Positions 41,301 to 52,958 of a stretch of DNA of 64,000 nt are shown here, piece after piece; position 1 is the first letter of the stretch, and each line of letters begins with the position of its first letter. The stretch is from Camelus ferus. Its lineage: Eukaryota. The notes beneath the pieces are model-generated. The model was given only the letters and a program-made list of their open reading frames with translations, made no database searches and had not been told where the DNA came from. The stretch covers positions 82,834,001 through 82,898,000 of the forward strand of contig NC_045697.1 in the NCBI RefSeq assembly GCF_009834535.1, written 5' to 3'. Made by a program: the position numbers and the translations under genes.

Positions 41301-43199
41301 CATGTCCATGCTGTTCTCAAATAGCTAATGTAAATATGTGCCATTTATTTTATGTCAAATATACCTCAAGAAATCTTTATTATTTGCAAAAAAAAAAAAA
41401 AAACCTTGAAAAGAGCTCAAGGTTCTATAGGTAGAATTGCTAAGTTTCAGAGAATACTATTTTCTCAATCTATATAATCTAAAGAAAAGATACAAAAATG
41501 CTGTATCTCAATTTAATGTGATTAGTGTAGTTAAAAAATAAAACTTGACAAAGATGGTGTCCCAAAACTTCCAATTATTTAATAATACAAATTAAAGGAA
41601 AAACTAGAAATATCAGGAAATCAAATCCAGAGTCATATAAAAGTGATAATCAGATCATTCAGTATATGTATTTATATTTAATATTTTTAAAAACTTTATA
41701 TAATTTTAAATGTTTATATTCCATTTTCAGTTATTACAAACTACTGGCTATATTCTCTGTGCTATCCAGTACATCCCTGAGCCTGTCTTACACCCAGTAA
41801 TTTGTACTTTCCACTCCCCGACTCCTGTGTGTTTTTGAGTGCCTGAATGTACTGGATCTTGTTTGAGATATTGGAGTAAAAAACTTCATTAAAACAAAGT
41901 CTTTTCCTCATTGAGCTTTATGAAATTAATATTCTAGTAGCATTAAATATAAAATTATATAAATATATACAGAAAATATAAAAACTATATGTATGTATAA
42001 AATATATATGTATATAACCATGTGCTTTTTTTACATTGGGATATGTACAAATAAATCTATTTATTTACTTATTCTAATTTAAAATATATTGAAAGGCAGT
42101 TGATAGAAGTCAAGCTTTATTCCTAATCTATACTTTTTCAGAAAAAGGAACAGGATGCCATACCCTTAATTTTAAAGCAAGTTAACAATAAATTTATGGT
42201 TAGGCAATAAAATAATAGTAAAAATTCAGGGATACGATATGATGGATAACAATCATAAAGACTACCCTTTGAAATATTTCTGGACAGTGAAATATTTTTA
42301 ACTGGAAACTACACACTTTGGTATTTCCTTTAGGATATAATTAAAGATTTTCCGGAAAAAAGCAGAGCTTCTTTAAACAATAAAATACAAATATATATAT
42401 TATATATTATATAATTATATACATATAATTAAAAATAGAATACAGGCTTTCAAAAATTAAACAATAAAGAAAGCTATAAAGAATAAAGTAAAAGTCAAAT
42501 AAAATCCTACTACACATAGATATCTCCTTTATCATATGTACTAACCTAGAATAATAGCAGGGAAAATACATTAAAATACATATACATATATATATATATA
42601 CACACACATATATACACTTTAGCATTTCTCTGTATATCAATAGAGAGCTAAACATACCCATATTTATAATTTTATTATACCATTGTAATATTATTATATC
42701 CTTGTTCTTCAAAGTTCAAACAATATATAAATATGACTTTGTATTTCAATGCATATACATAATAAATTAACCCTCTTAAACATAAAGTGGAAACAATACA
42801 TTTATTTTTGTGTGCTATGATGTCTTTTAACCTATTTTGTCTCATAATTCCTTCTGTATCAGTATCTATCAGTTTTATTTTTAAATAGTTATACAATTTT
42901 CCATAATATCAGATTACTAAAATTTACTTAGCCACTTTTTTAGATACAGAAAATTAGATTGTTTTAAACCTCTCAGAGGATGCTCTAGTGACCATACAAA
43001 TATTTGCAATGACATTTATCTTTTTTGGCAAGTTGTTTTTAAAATATATACAAACCTCCATCAAATACCAAAAGTTTTTTAGGATTCTCATTGTTTTAAA
43101 ATTTTGTCATTGTATATCAAGGTATTTTTGGCTTGTTTTTCACCCTTGTCATTATTCCACAGAACCCCCCTCAAACTGAATTTCTTCAACTTTGGGATA

Positions 43200-43900
43200 T
43201 CATCCTCTAGCATTTTTCTTAGGATGTCCTCCCCTCAGTACTTTTTGGACATCTCTAGGTAATGCACAATGAGGAACGGACCATTTCCCCCAGGCCCACA
43301 CGCACGTGGGGAGAATTTTTACCTTTTCCTCCCTGCAATGTTTCCTGGGGTTATTACAGATAAATGGGGAGTGTTCATAGTTTTAAGGCCTGGTTATCCA
43401 AAGTGTCTATTTTGCATCCCTGTTTAAGCCTCGCATGTGGTCTGTGCAGACCTGAGAACTGACTCTGAAGAGCTGCGCAACCAGGACTGCTCCAGTTGCA
43501 CGGGGCCAGTTACATAAAACAGCTTCCAAGGTTCCACGGGGTGTACTTACATAAGGTTTTAATAAAGATGAAGGCAAAACATGAGGAAGAAAATGCAGGT
43601 ATTCCTAGGGAGGTCTGAAAGTGTCCTCGCTCAGAGTATGCTTTGTATTTGGATCTTCCATGTGTGTGTTTGGTAGACGAGAACAATCGCACGTCTCCCA
43701 TAGGTTTATTTCTTGTGTTTCTGCTGTCAAGATCCTTGAACTTCTTTTGCTTATACCTTTCTTCCTTAGCATGCGGTCTGACTATCTGTTGCATGTGTTT
43801 TGTCCAGTTTTCTAAAGCTGTGATATTTTTCAGGTGGCTTGTCATACTTACCCTCCCTTCTGAAATAATATTCCTCCTGAATGACCAGTATGTGATAATA
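43200..43900 (-). mobile_element. Probable ancient L1 5'-end remnant
   Basis: Minus strand cagctttagaaaactggacaaaacacatgcaaca resembles old L1M 5' ends; locally GC/CpG richer. Confidence 0.4.
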
Positions 43901-44289
43901 AGTTGTTTTCCTCAGTATGTCGCTCTTAAGTAAAGAAAAACTCCCTCATTCGCCATAGGAGTACGAGACCTGTGACAGTTACACTCAAGGTTCTTTAAGG
44001 GCACTTTGGCCTCTGTTGATTTATCCATCAAGCATGTTGCTAATGAATTATTCTTGCTCAATTACAATTAGGGTATATATTTTGGACATCCAAGTTTTGA
44101 GTTTCCCTGGATGACAGTATATGAGTTATAGTCATCCCCCACTATACTGCAGTATGGCTGTGCTTGAAAGTTTTCTATAGCTGCCCTCGGGGAACATTGG
44201 GACCATTATTGGTAGGTATATAAGCCCACCAAGTCACCCCTAAACTGACATGAATTGCAGTTTGTCATATTTTCTTTAGTTAATTATTG

Positions 44290-45500
44290 TCCTTGATCCA
44301 CAAACACTGTAGCTTTTACTTATTCAATTTATAGAAGGTGTTTGCTCTTAAATTTTCAAGTCAGTCCTTGTTATAAAATCAAAAAGCTTATCAGATTTAC
44401 TTTCTATCATATATGGTCCGACTTAAGATTTCAAATTAAGTATGTATATATATATATCCCATAGGAAACGCACATTTCTGAATGAAGCAAAAGCTGGGTG
44501 TGAGATAAGTTCTTTTTCTCACACAGTATTTAAAATGTTAATTGTTAATTCAGTATCTTGGAATTAATAACATTTACCTTTATATTGGCTCTGTTCAGAG
44601 GAGAATTCAATTTTTATTAACCAGTCTTTGTTTATGCATATAAAGATATTCCCAAATTAAAGTTTAAAGCATGAAGAACAATCAAGTCCATTCTGGTGCC
44701 ACATCTCTGTAGTATCCTTTCCTTTAAAGCTTCTTACCTATCATTCTTAGATAACACTGTATCACCTTGGATAAATCTGTCCAATATTTTTAAAAATCAT
44801 CTTTTATTTGTAGTCTTGGCCAGTTTTTAATACCATAACCTCACCAGTAAAGTCATTTTGATGACTGCAATTCTAGGCATAAATAATCCAGCAAGATTTG
44901 TTGGAAACATCAGTAGATCCATCAATATAGAAGGCATATCTTTTATCCACTGCAACTGTTGCCACCATTGCTAAAAAAATATATCCTGCAAGATCATATT
45001 TGGCCCACAATAGTGTCATGACACCAATATTTTTTGTCACAATTCCCAATTTCTGAATCAGTATGTCTCTTTCATAACAAGCTAGGAAATAATACATACA
45101 CTTGAGTTACTTTCCCCAAAAGAAATGTCTCAAATAATGTATAGTCTCAGAGGAGAATATTAAATTCCTGGTAACCATATGCATTGACTTAAGTATAGTT
45201 TTATTCCTGTCAAAGTAATAAACAGGTTGTTCTTGGGGCTATTAGTCTACAATTTATGACAACATGTAGAATAGATCAGAATGCACTAATTAAATCTGGG
45301 ACAAAGAGTCTCACATTTATCATAAAAAAGCCAATCTTGTATAAAGTAACAAGATAAATAAGTCTATCAAAATTGGTATTTACAGTGGAAATATCATCAG
45401 ATCCTAAAATAGACAATTACCACCAGAATCACAACATATCTGGTCCATCCCTTCTTTATAAATTCATTTAATGATTGGAGAATTAATTTGAGTAACAATA
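44290..45500 (-). mobile_element. Decayed hAT (Charlie/Buster-type) transposase coding remnant
   Basis: Collinear motifs on minus strand: FYIDGSTDVSN (IDGSTDVSN 44900-44926), MIGKK..RDVAPEW (~44688-44745), MHKQRLVNK/KLNSPLN (~44593-44639), HTQLLLHSEM (44473-44502), ANTFYKLNK (44319-44345); many stops and frameshifts. Confidence 0.8.
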
Positions 45501-47299
45501 AAATTGTTAAGTGCAGAGATTATTTGTCTGGGACTTCTTATTGAGCATTCCTGGTATTTTTTGAAACATTTTTAAGGATTTTTTTTGCCATTTTTATGGT
45601 AATTTTTCAAAGTAGAAAACAGAAAGCAAATTTAAAAACAAAACAAAAATCTTCCCCAAACTAAAGGCATTCTCACTTGCATCATTACTTGAGTTCCTTT
45701 TTTTGTAAATACTGTAACCACTGTGAAATAACAGCGTTTGTATATGATCAGTCACAGTATTAGATATTTCATCTCTAGATGAAAGTTTACATATTATATT
45801 TAGTAAAATTTGATTGTTAATATCCATTGAATGTAAAAGCCTAGAAACTTTGTGTTTAGCATTTGAAAATTTTGTTCATTTAACAAGTATGAAAATGTTC
45901 CATGTTGATACATAGCTTTGATGGTATACATTTCAATCTAGAAAAATATAAAGCAGGAGGAAATTACATAACAGATATACCAAATTATTTTTGTTTTTAA
46001 AAAGAACATACTAATTTTCAAAAATTAAAATACAAATGGTTTTACATTGTTTATAATCTATAATGGTTATGTTTTATTGTTTCTTTAAAATTAAAATGAT
46101 ACCTATATTAGTTAAGGTATATGCTTGAAATACTGTATGTTATATGACTACATGTACACATGACAGTCTCAAAATTTGATAAATTGTTCCACTGGACTTG
46201 GGTAACCTAGGATTTGTCTCTAAAATATTATTACGATTTTTGATATAAATAATATTGAAAATTCTTTGTGACAAGGAATGGATGTTTCAGAAGATAACAT
46301 TTTCTCTTAAATACATTACTGAATCCTGATTACTTTATTAGAGTATTGCTAGAATACTGAATCTTTCCCTTCCCTTATAAAAAGTTGCTCTTTTACATTT
46401 ATTGACTTTTGTCATTACTAATATTATTATTTGCTATTTACAGTGCTAAGTAAGAGCTCTTTAAATTTTTTTAAGAACGCCATGAAGTTATTCAAGATGA
46501 TTGAAAAGTTCTTAAAAATTGTAAGTAAAGAAGCTCTTAATGTTCATTTACAATTTCACTCTACGCCTTTTCTTTTTTTTTAAAGTATAGCTGGCTTCAA
46601 TAAAGGTATAACTGGTGCTGTTTAGCACTTTGAGCATTACTGGAGGTTTTACAATTAAGCAAGCTGATTTATTTTCCCCATTTTTGGCTGGCTGAGAGCA
46701 ATGATGTGGAAATGATATTCTCGGCCTAATCTAAAGCTGCTGTAAACAGTTGTTATGTATCACCTTGTCAGAGTTTCCTTCAGCAGGTATGTGATTCAGA
46801 GCTTGTAGCATGAATGTTCATTATATATACATAAAAACACAAAGTGTGAAAAAAAGACTATCGAGATCATCAGAAACTTAAAAAAATATTCTGACTACTT
46901 CTATATCACCTAATGTATTTCTTGGAATACTGCAAATGCCATGATTTGAAATTAAAAAAAATACTTCCACTGCTACCATAAGCTGTCACAAATTTTTCTC
47001 TTAGGCAGCCTTATGTCTCCTGTTTTATGACTGTTTTGCAAAAAAGTATATGAAATCCTTAGATGTGTGAACTAGTTTACAAAGCATGATTTTAAATATC
47101 AATTTGATCACTCTTCAAGAAGGCATTTTGAGTGCACTATTAATATACGAATATATGAGGGTGCACGATCAAAATCCTAAGAGATGAGATGCTTCTTCAA
47201 CGTGAACTTGAGAAGTTGTTCTCACTGAAAGAGATAAAAGCAGCCCCCAACATCATCATCTTGAGTTAACATACACCTCAGTCCCTAACCTCTACCCTG

Positions 47300-50110
47300 T
47301 GGAGATAAACATGCTCTTGTCCTTCAACATCGTTAACTGGCTATGGACACTGGGTCAAGAGAGACGTTAGTCACCTACAGGTCTGATGATTTCTGTGAGG
47401 TTAAACCAAACATCCAGATTGCTCATGTGTGTATAGGTAGAAAGATTTGATAATAAGATAGGTGCAAGGAAGAAAGCTATTGAAGAGCTTATTTTAAGTC
47501 TTAAATTGCTTGCTCATGTTTTGAGCCCCAAGTAGTTTCATCAGTGAGGAAATATCAGAGAAGTTGAGAAACTATTGCTTGCAGCAGACAAAACTCATAA
47601 ACACCCTTGATTGACCAAAATGATTGGCCTGGGAAAGTTCTGCATGGCATGTAGTCTGTCCAGATTGAAGAATCTACCTTCTTCAGATAAACCATGTCCT
47701 AAGTAATGTACTTTGCTTTCATGGAATGGTAACTATTTTTGGTTAAACTTTTTCTCTCTGAAATAAAACAGTAAATAGATCAGTGGAATTTATCTTAGAG
47801 CTTAGCTCATCCTTCAGACATAACCATTGATCACCCACATACTGGATAAGTATAAAATTACGGGGATGTTTGAGTTTTTTACTAATGGTTTATAGAAAGA
47901 AGAGTGCCTCAGTCAACTTCTGAGATTGAGATTCTAGATATATTGTGACTGCCCAGGAGCTAATGAACAGGTGTGGACGACCTTGATCTAAAAGGTCACT
48001 TAAAGTAAGCAGAACACATTATTACGGCTGTAAAATGTGTAGCCTCAACTGATCCTGAAGATAAAATAGTGTTTGGATTCTGTACTACAGAAAAGTCAAT
48101 ATTGACAATTTTATGTATGGCCCTGAGGTTCTGAACAAATTTATCCTCTCTTCCATTGGTTTTCTTGGCTGAAAGGAGAGGAGTATCATAAGACTTGCTA
48201 CAAGGTGTGAAGAGGCATCTCTCTCTTTAGGCCATCAGCTAATGATTTTAGTACTTCCTTAGCTATTTGTTTCAGACAGTATTGCAAAAACTTGATTGGG
48301 GTTGTAATGGGTCCATCTGAATCTTGAGAGGTTTTGCTTCAGTAATTCTGTCAAAATGAGTAGAATATTTGGCCCTTAATGGATCTGTAAGTCCTGGAGA
48401 TCTTCATTTTTTTAAGATATAAAGATATCAGCAAATCAATATTCATATTAACCTCTACTCTATGACAGAGTCCTCAGATTTGAAGGAAGAAGTCATCAGG
48501 GTACCATCCAGTCTGGCAATTCCATCTTCTTAGGTGATTTCTCTCTCCTAAATTAGCCAATGTTCTGTCACAAAGGAGGAAAGCATTTCCCTTGATTAAA
48601 AGTTTGCAGGTGAAAATTACAGCCTGAGATGTGTAAATGTCTAAAACTTTTGAAAGATATCTATCACATTAGTAGATTACTGACCATAACCAAAAGTTTG
48701 TAAAATGAAAAAGAGTTTAAGATTGGTATAGGAGTGATCCCATCAATATGTAATTTGCAAGTTTTCCCCTTAATATTTTCAGAAACATCTTATGAGTTTA
48801 AGTGTAAAATGGGGAATCAGATCATTGTTCTCCTCTTGGGACCTCTTTGTTTTTGAACCACCTTATTTGTTTCTTTGTCTTTTGGCATAGTTCAATTCTT
48901 TCTGCAAAGCCTATTTGCTTACAACATCTATAGGTTTCTTTATCAAAAGACTTCCTCCCCTGGTGTTTAAAGATTAGGTGTGGGCATCTAATTGTTTAAT
49001 CTGAAAGCCACCAGTTTATTCTGTCTTATTCTGCTTTTGTTATGAGGCTCTGTCAAATGTTTAGAAAAAGTTGGAGATTTAGCAATGGGCAGTTTATGAT
49101 TTCCATTTTTCTTACACACTTAAATTTCCTATTTCTTGGTTAACGATATTCACCAAATGTAAGGAAATAATTGTAGTCACATCAGTGTTAGGGTCAACTG
49201 TATAAAAGTGTTAAGGATCCTTTCTACAGTATGACAGAATAACCCATCTACTTATTTTCACAGGACTTTGTGGATAGCCCTCCCTATGTTGTCCAGTCTT
49301 TCTAAAACCCCTGATTTCCTATGATATTTGGAGACACAAGTTATTCTCAGATCTTAATCACTCTGCCTTTTTTTTTCTTCCTATCTGAAGAGCCTACAAA
49401 TATAGAAATAAATAAAGTAGATCTAGGATCCTTGGATTTATTATAAATTCTGTAGTTTTCTATTTAACTTGTATAAGCTTTGGAAAAAATTTTGAATGGC
49501 TCTGTATGGTCAGGCCACTCAAGATGGCTGTCCTCTTGCTCTTGGTATGTCCCCTGCTCCAGCAGTGCCTGCTTCACCTACACCTGCTCACGAGACTAAT
49601 CTTTCTACATACCTTTCCCAGGCCCCAGCTGGTGGTGGTTCTTATCAAAGGGATGGTGAGAGGCATGCCCCTCTGCTGGTTTTCCTGGTAACCAGTGAGC
49701 CAACCTGAAGCTAATTCCCCCTATAACTGCTAATCTCCTGCCCCAGGGAGCAAAGACTGCCGGCCATGTCTGCCCACTACCTGCAGCACTCGGTGGGGAG
49801 TCGCTCCAGGACCCTGCTTCAGACAAGTAAGATTCCCCCATCCATGAAACCATTGATGTCTCTGTTGCTGACTTTGGGCTCTTTCTTTGGTCTTGAAGCT
49901 GCTGGGTGCAGCCCAACAGGCTCTCAGATCAGGCCAAGATTAAGGCTTAAAATTCACTCTAATGGAGTCACTGTATTCTGAAAGGTTTTACTTTAAGAGG
50001 CAGTTGAGCTTCGAAAGATCCCCAGGAAGTAGAAGGGTCAGCACAGTGTCTGTCTGACTAATGATTGTAATCTGATTGCTTCTCTTTGAGATGGCTATGA
50101 TTTGCAGGAA
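47300..50110 (-). mobile_element. Decayed class I ERV internal region (gag-pro-RT-connection), no flanking LTRs seen
   Basis: Minus translation gives gag FKP*SWPDLRAI, knuckle remnant YRCCKQIG, protease CKLHIDG and FLLCDRTLANLGERNHL, RT SYDTPLLSAKKTNGREDKFVQNLRAIHKIV, VQNPNTILSS, LIQYVGD (YVGD 47830-47841), KVHYLGHGLS, QNFPRP, connection FYLYTHEQSG and LDPVSIA. Confidence 0.92.
49503..49918 (+). mobile_element. ERV solo LTR (copy B) inserted into the old gag
   Basis: TG..CA ends; perfect 5-bp TSD GGCTC (49498-49502, 49919-49923); homologous to 26601-27042. Confidence 0.95.
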
Positions 50111-50449
50111 TTTTATTGTGTTTATTTCACTATTGTTTAAATAAATTAGTGAATTTACTTCTTTTCTTTTTCTTCAACAATTCTCATTTTAAAATATTAC
50201 TAGAAATTTGAGGTAAAAACAGGAGGGCTCAAATAATTTAATTAATAAAAATCCAGGAATTTTTGAAAAATATTTTTAATACATATTTTAACATATAACT
50301 GCTTGTTTGTGAGCATTATGCAGTGATGGTTATTTGTTGAACAGTAATCACTTTAGTGCTTTTTAAGGGTCTCTCTACTCCTACCATTTCATATTTCTTG
50401 TGATATGATAAATAACTTTTTAAATAAATGGTTAATAAATAGTAAAAAA

Positions 50450-50690
50450 AAATTTTAATTGGGTGTCTACTCTGGATTTACCAATTCACTAAACACGCTG
50501 TGTGTATTATTTTAAGTAACCCTTTTAGTAGCATGCTACAGACAATTTGAGGCTCATTTTATCAGTAAGGAAACAGGTTCAGAGGAGTAGTCAAGTGATT
50601 TTCTCAATGCTCCACAGTTTGTAAATGCTTGAACCAGAATTCAAACTATATATCCTACTTTATAGCCTGGTTTCTCAATCACTTTATTAT
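50450..50690 (-). mobile_element. MIR SINE
   Basis: cattttatcagtaaggaaacaggttcagaggag antisense core. Confidence 0.7.
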
Positions 50691-50760
50691 ATTGCCATTT
50701 TTCTATTCCTTTCGTATCACTAGTTTAACTGTTCATCATTGTATTTGGTTACTTTTAGAA

Positions 50761-50962
50761 CAGTGCTGACCAACAACATTTTCTGCAATAATGGAAATAG
50801 TCTATATATACTCTTTCCAGTATGATAGCCATCAGCAGTTGATGACTATTGGGCACTTGAAATATGACCATTTGAACTGAGACACTAAATTTTAAATTGT
50901 ATTTAATTTTAATTAAATATAAATAGCCACATGTGGCTCTGACTATCATATTGTCCAATTCT
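50761..50962 (+). mobile_element. MER3-like hAT-Charlie MITE
   Basis: cagtgctgaccaa...ttctgcaataatggaaat...gcacttgaaat...aaatagccacatgtggct follows the MER3 consensus. Confidence 0.88.
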
Positions 50963-52958
50963 AAAATGTAAGTATACTGCCTTTCCTTAACACTGTTCTT
51001 GAAATAAAAATGAGACGCATAATTAGTCAAATACAATTGTTAGAAAAATGCATGAAAATAAAAGAGAAAATAAAGGAGGCTATTATACAGTAATTTTATC
51101 TGATGTTAATATAAGTTTCTCAAAACAAGTATAATGTTTTAAATAGCAATTTTGATTATTTATCTGCATTTCTGGAAGCTTGCAAGATACAGCCACAGAT
51201 ATAATACAGATATATATCTGTATCTGTATGTGTGTGTGTATATATATACACACACATATATATAAATATAGATATAGGTATATTCAATTTTTTGTCTTTT
51301 AAGATGTTTCCTCATTATTATCAAATTACTCATATAAATTAAAATTCAAACTAAAAAACTAATGGTCTTCATATTTGTACTGAATATTGTACTGAATAAT
51401 GGGTTAATCACTGTGTATTTTTAAAATTTTAAAATTAACATAATTGTCACTTCACTTTTTTTCTCCAAAGTCAAAATTCTACAAACCATAATTTCCTATA
51501 TTTTTAGAATATTTTTTATTTCTTATAGTCATATATTAGCTTTAGTGTTTTACAAATTGAGTGTTCAGATATTTTAAATAAGTTCATTTACCGTATCATG
51601 CATGGCTTCTTTTTTTTAATCCACTAAATAGTAATGTTTAAAAAAAAAATAAAAGGGATTTGCTCAAATGGGAATGTTATTTGCAAATTCTAATTTTTCC
51701 TAACTCATAGTGTTAATTATAGCAACATCATTTTTATTATGAAGAATGTAGCTGCTTAGTAGCTCTGTAATGAGACATTTGTTTTATATAATAGATAAAT
51801 TATTTATTTTATTCAAGGACTAAATCTTACTGGGTTTGGGAAATTTAAAACTTAATGTAGTATGAATACAGCATGATATTCAGATATAAACCTTCAATAT
51901 TAAGAGGGAGTACGATCATGAAGAGGTCCTGAAACACCAGGCTTAAGTTGAAAGAATTAAAATGTTGGCAACTATAATAGTGATTTTCCTTTGTGAGGTG
52001 ACAAATCTCCCCACCAACAAGCTACTTTATTCTCAGAAATTGTGATTAGATAGCTAATTAACTCAGGCTGAAGTTAACAAGTTTTCAGATTAAATTAAAT
52101 ATTATTCAGTTTAGCGACAAAATAATGGACTTATCCAAATGAGCTAAGCAGCTATGAAAATCATAACGAATTCCAAGAAAAGAGAAATTCGCCTCTCCTT
52201 ATCATGAGTATATGTGCTATACATGTAAGGATTGTAAATAAAGAAAACTGAATACATATGTTTACTTTAAAATAACAAGTTTTTTTTTTAGTAAATCATA
52301 TATTGTAATGACTTCTCTCTTAAACTAGGGCAAATCATTTATATATCCATGTGAAAATGTTTTAAAACCTCTAATTTAGAATTTCCTGAAAAATGATTAT
52401 TTCAATCATAGACAAAATCCAATGTCATTTTTGTAAAATTGTGTACATCTTACTACTACAGCATTTTAGAAAGTAAAAAGCCAAGTTACATACAGGAAAA
52501 TTATTTTTGTAATAAATACACTGACCAAGGTTTCAGGTAACCAGAATAAATACTTCTACATATCAATGGGAAAAAAAGATAAAGAATCCATAAATAATTG
52601 GCAAAGATATGATGAGTCATCTCAGCAGTAAAGAAAAGTGTAAATGGACTATAATCTTTGGAAAATAAAACAGTTGCTGAAGTGTGAACTAAGTGATAAA
52701 GAGAAGTTTTGTTATACCCATCAACCTAGAAAAAATACTCAAAAGTTGATTTCATAAAAATCATTGATAAGATTGTAAAACAACAAAATTTCTTATATAT
52801 TCATGGTCGGAGGATAACCAAGCATACTCCATGTTCCCTTTTAAACCTTTCTAGAGAATTTGCAGGGAACATGCTTGCTAAGACAACTACTATGAATTTT
52901 TGTTACATTTTTAAAGCAATTAACCACAGAGTATGTACTGTTTGACATCATTCTTTAC

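Noticed and set aside
40540..41403. Twin-primed inverted L1
   Set aside because: The minus piece has its own 3' end, so the short plus-strand tail at ~41320-41403 is better read as a separate insertion
44873..45097. Retroviral env or RNase H continuing the ERV (GYIFL, FYIDGS)
   Set aside because: Downstream collinear motifs (HTQLLLHSE, ANTFYKLN) fit a hAT transposase, and unrelated DNA separates it from the pol remnant
26601..49918. The two matching LTRs as 5' and 3' ends of one provirus
   Set aside because: 22.9 kb apart, copy B has its own perfect TSD, no PBS after copy A, and the nearby gag-pol is antisense, much older and interrupted by copy B
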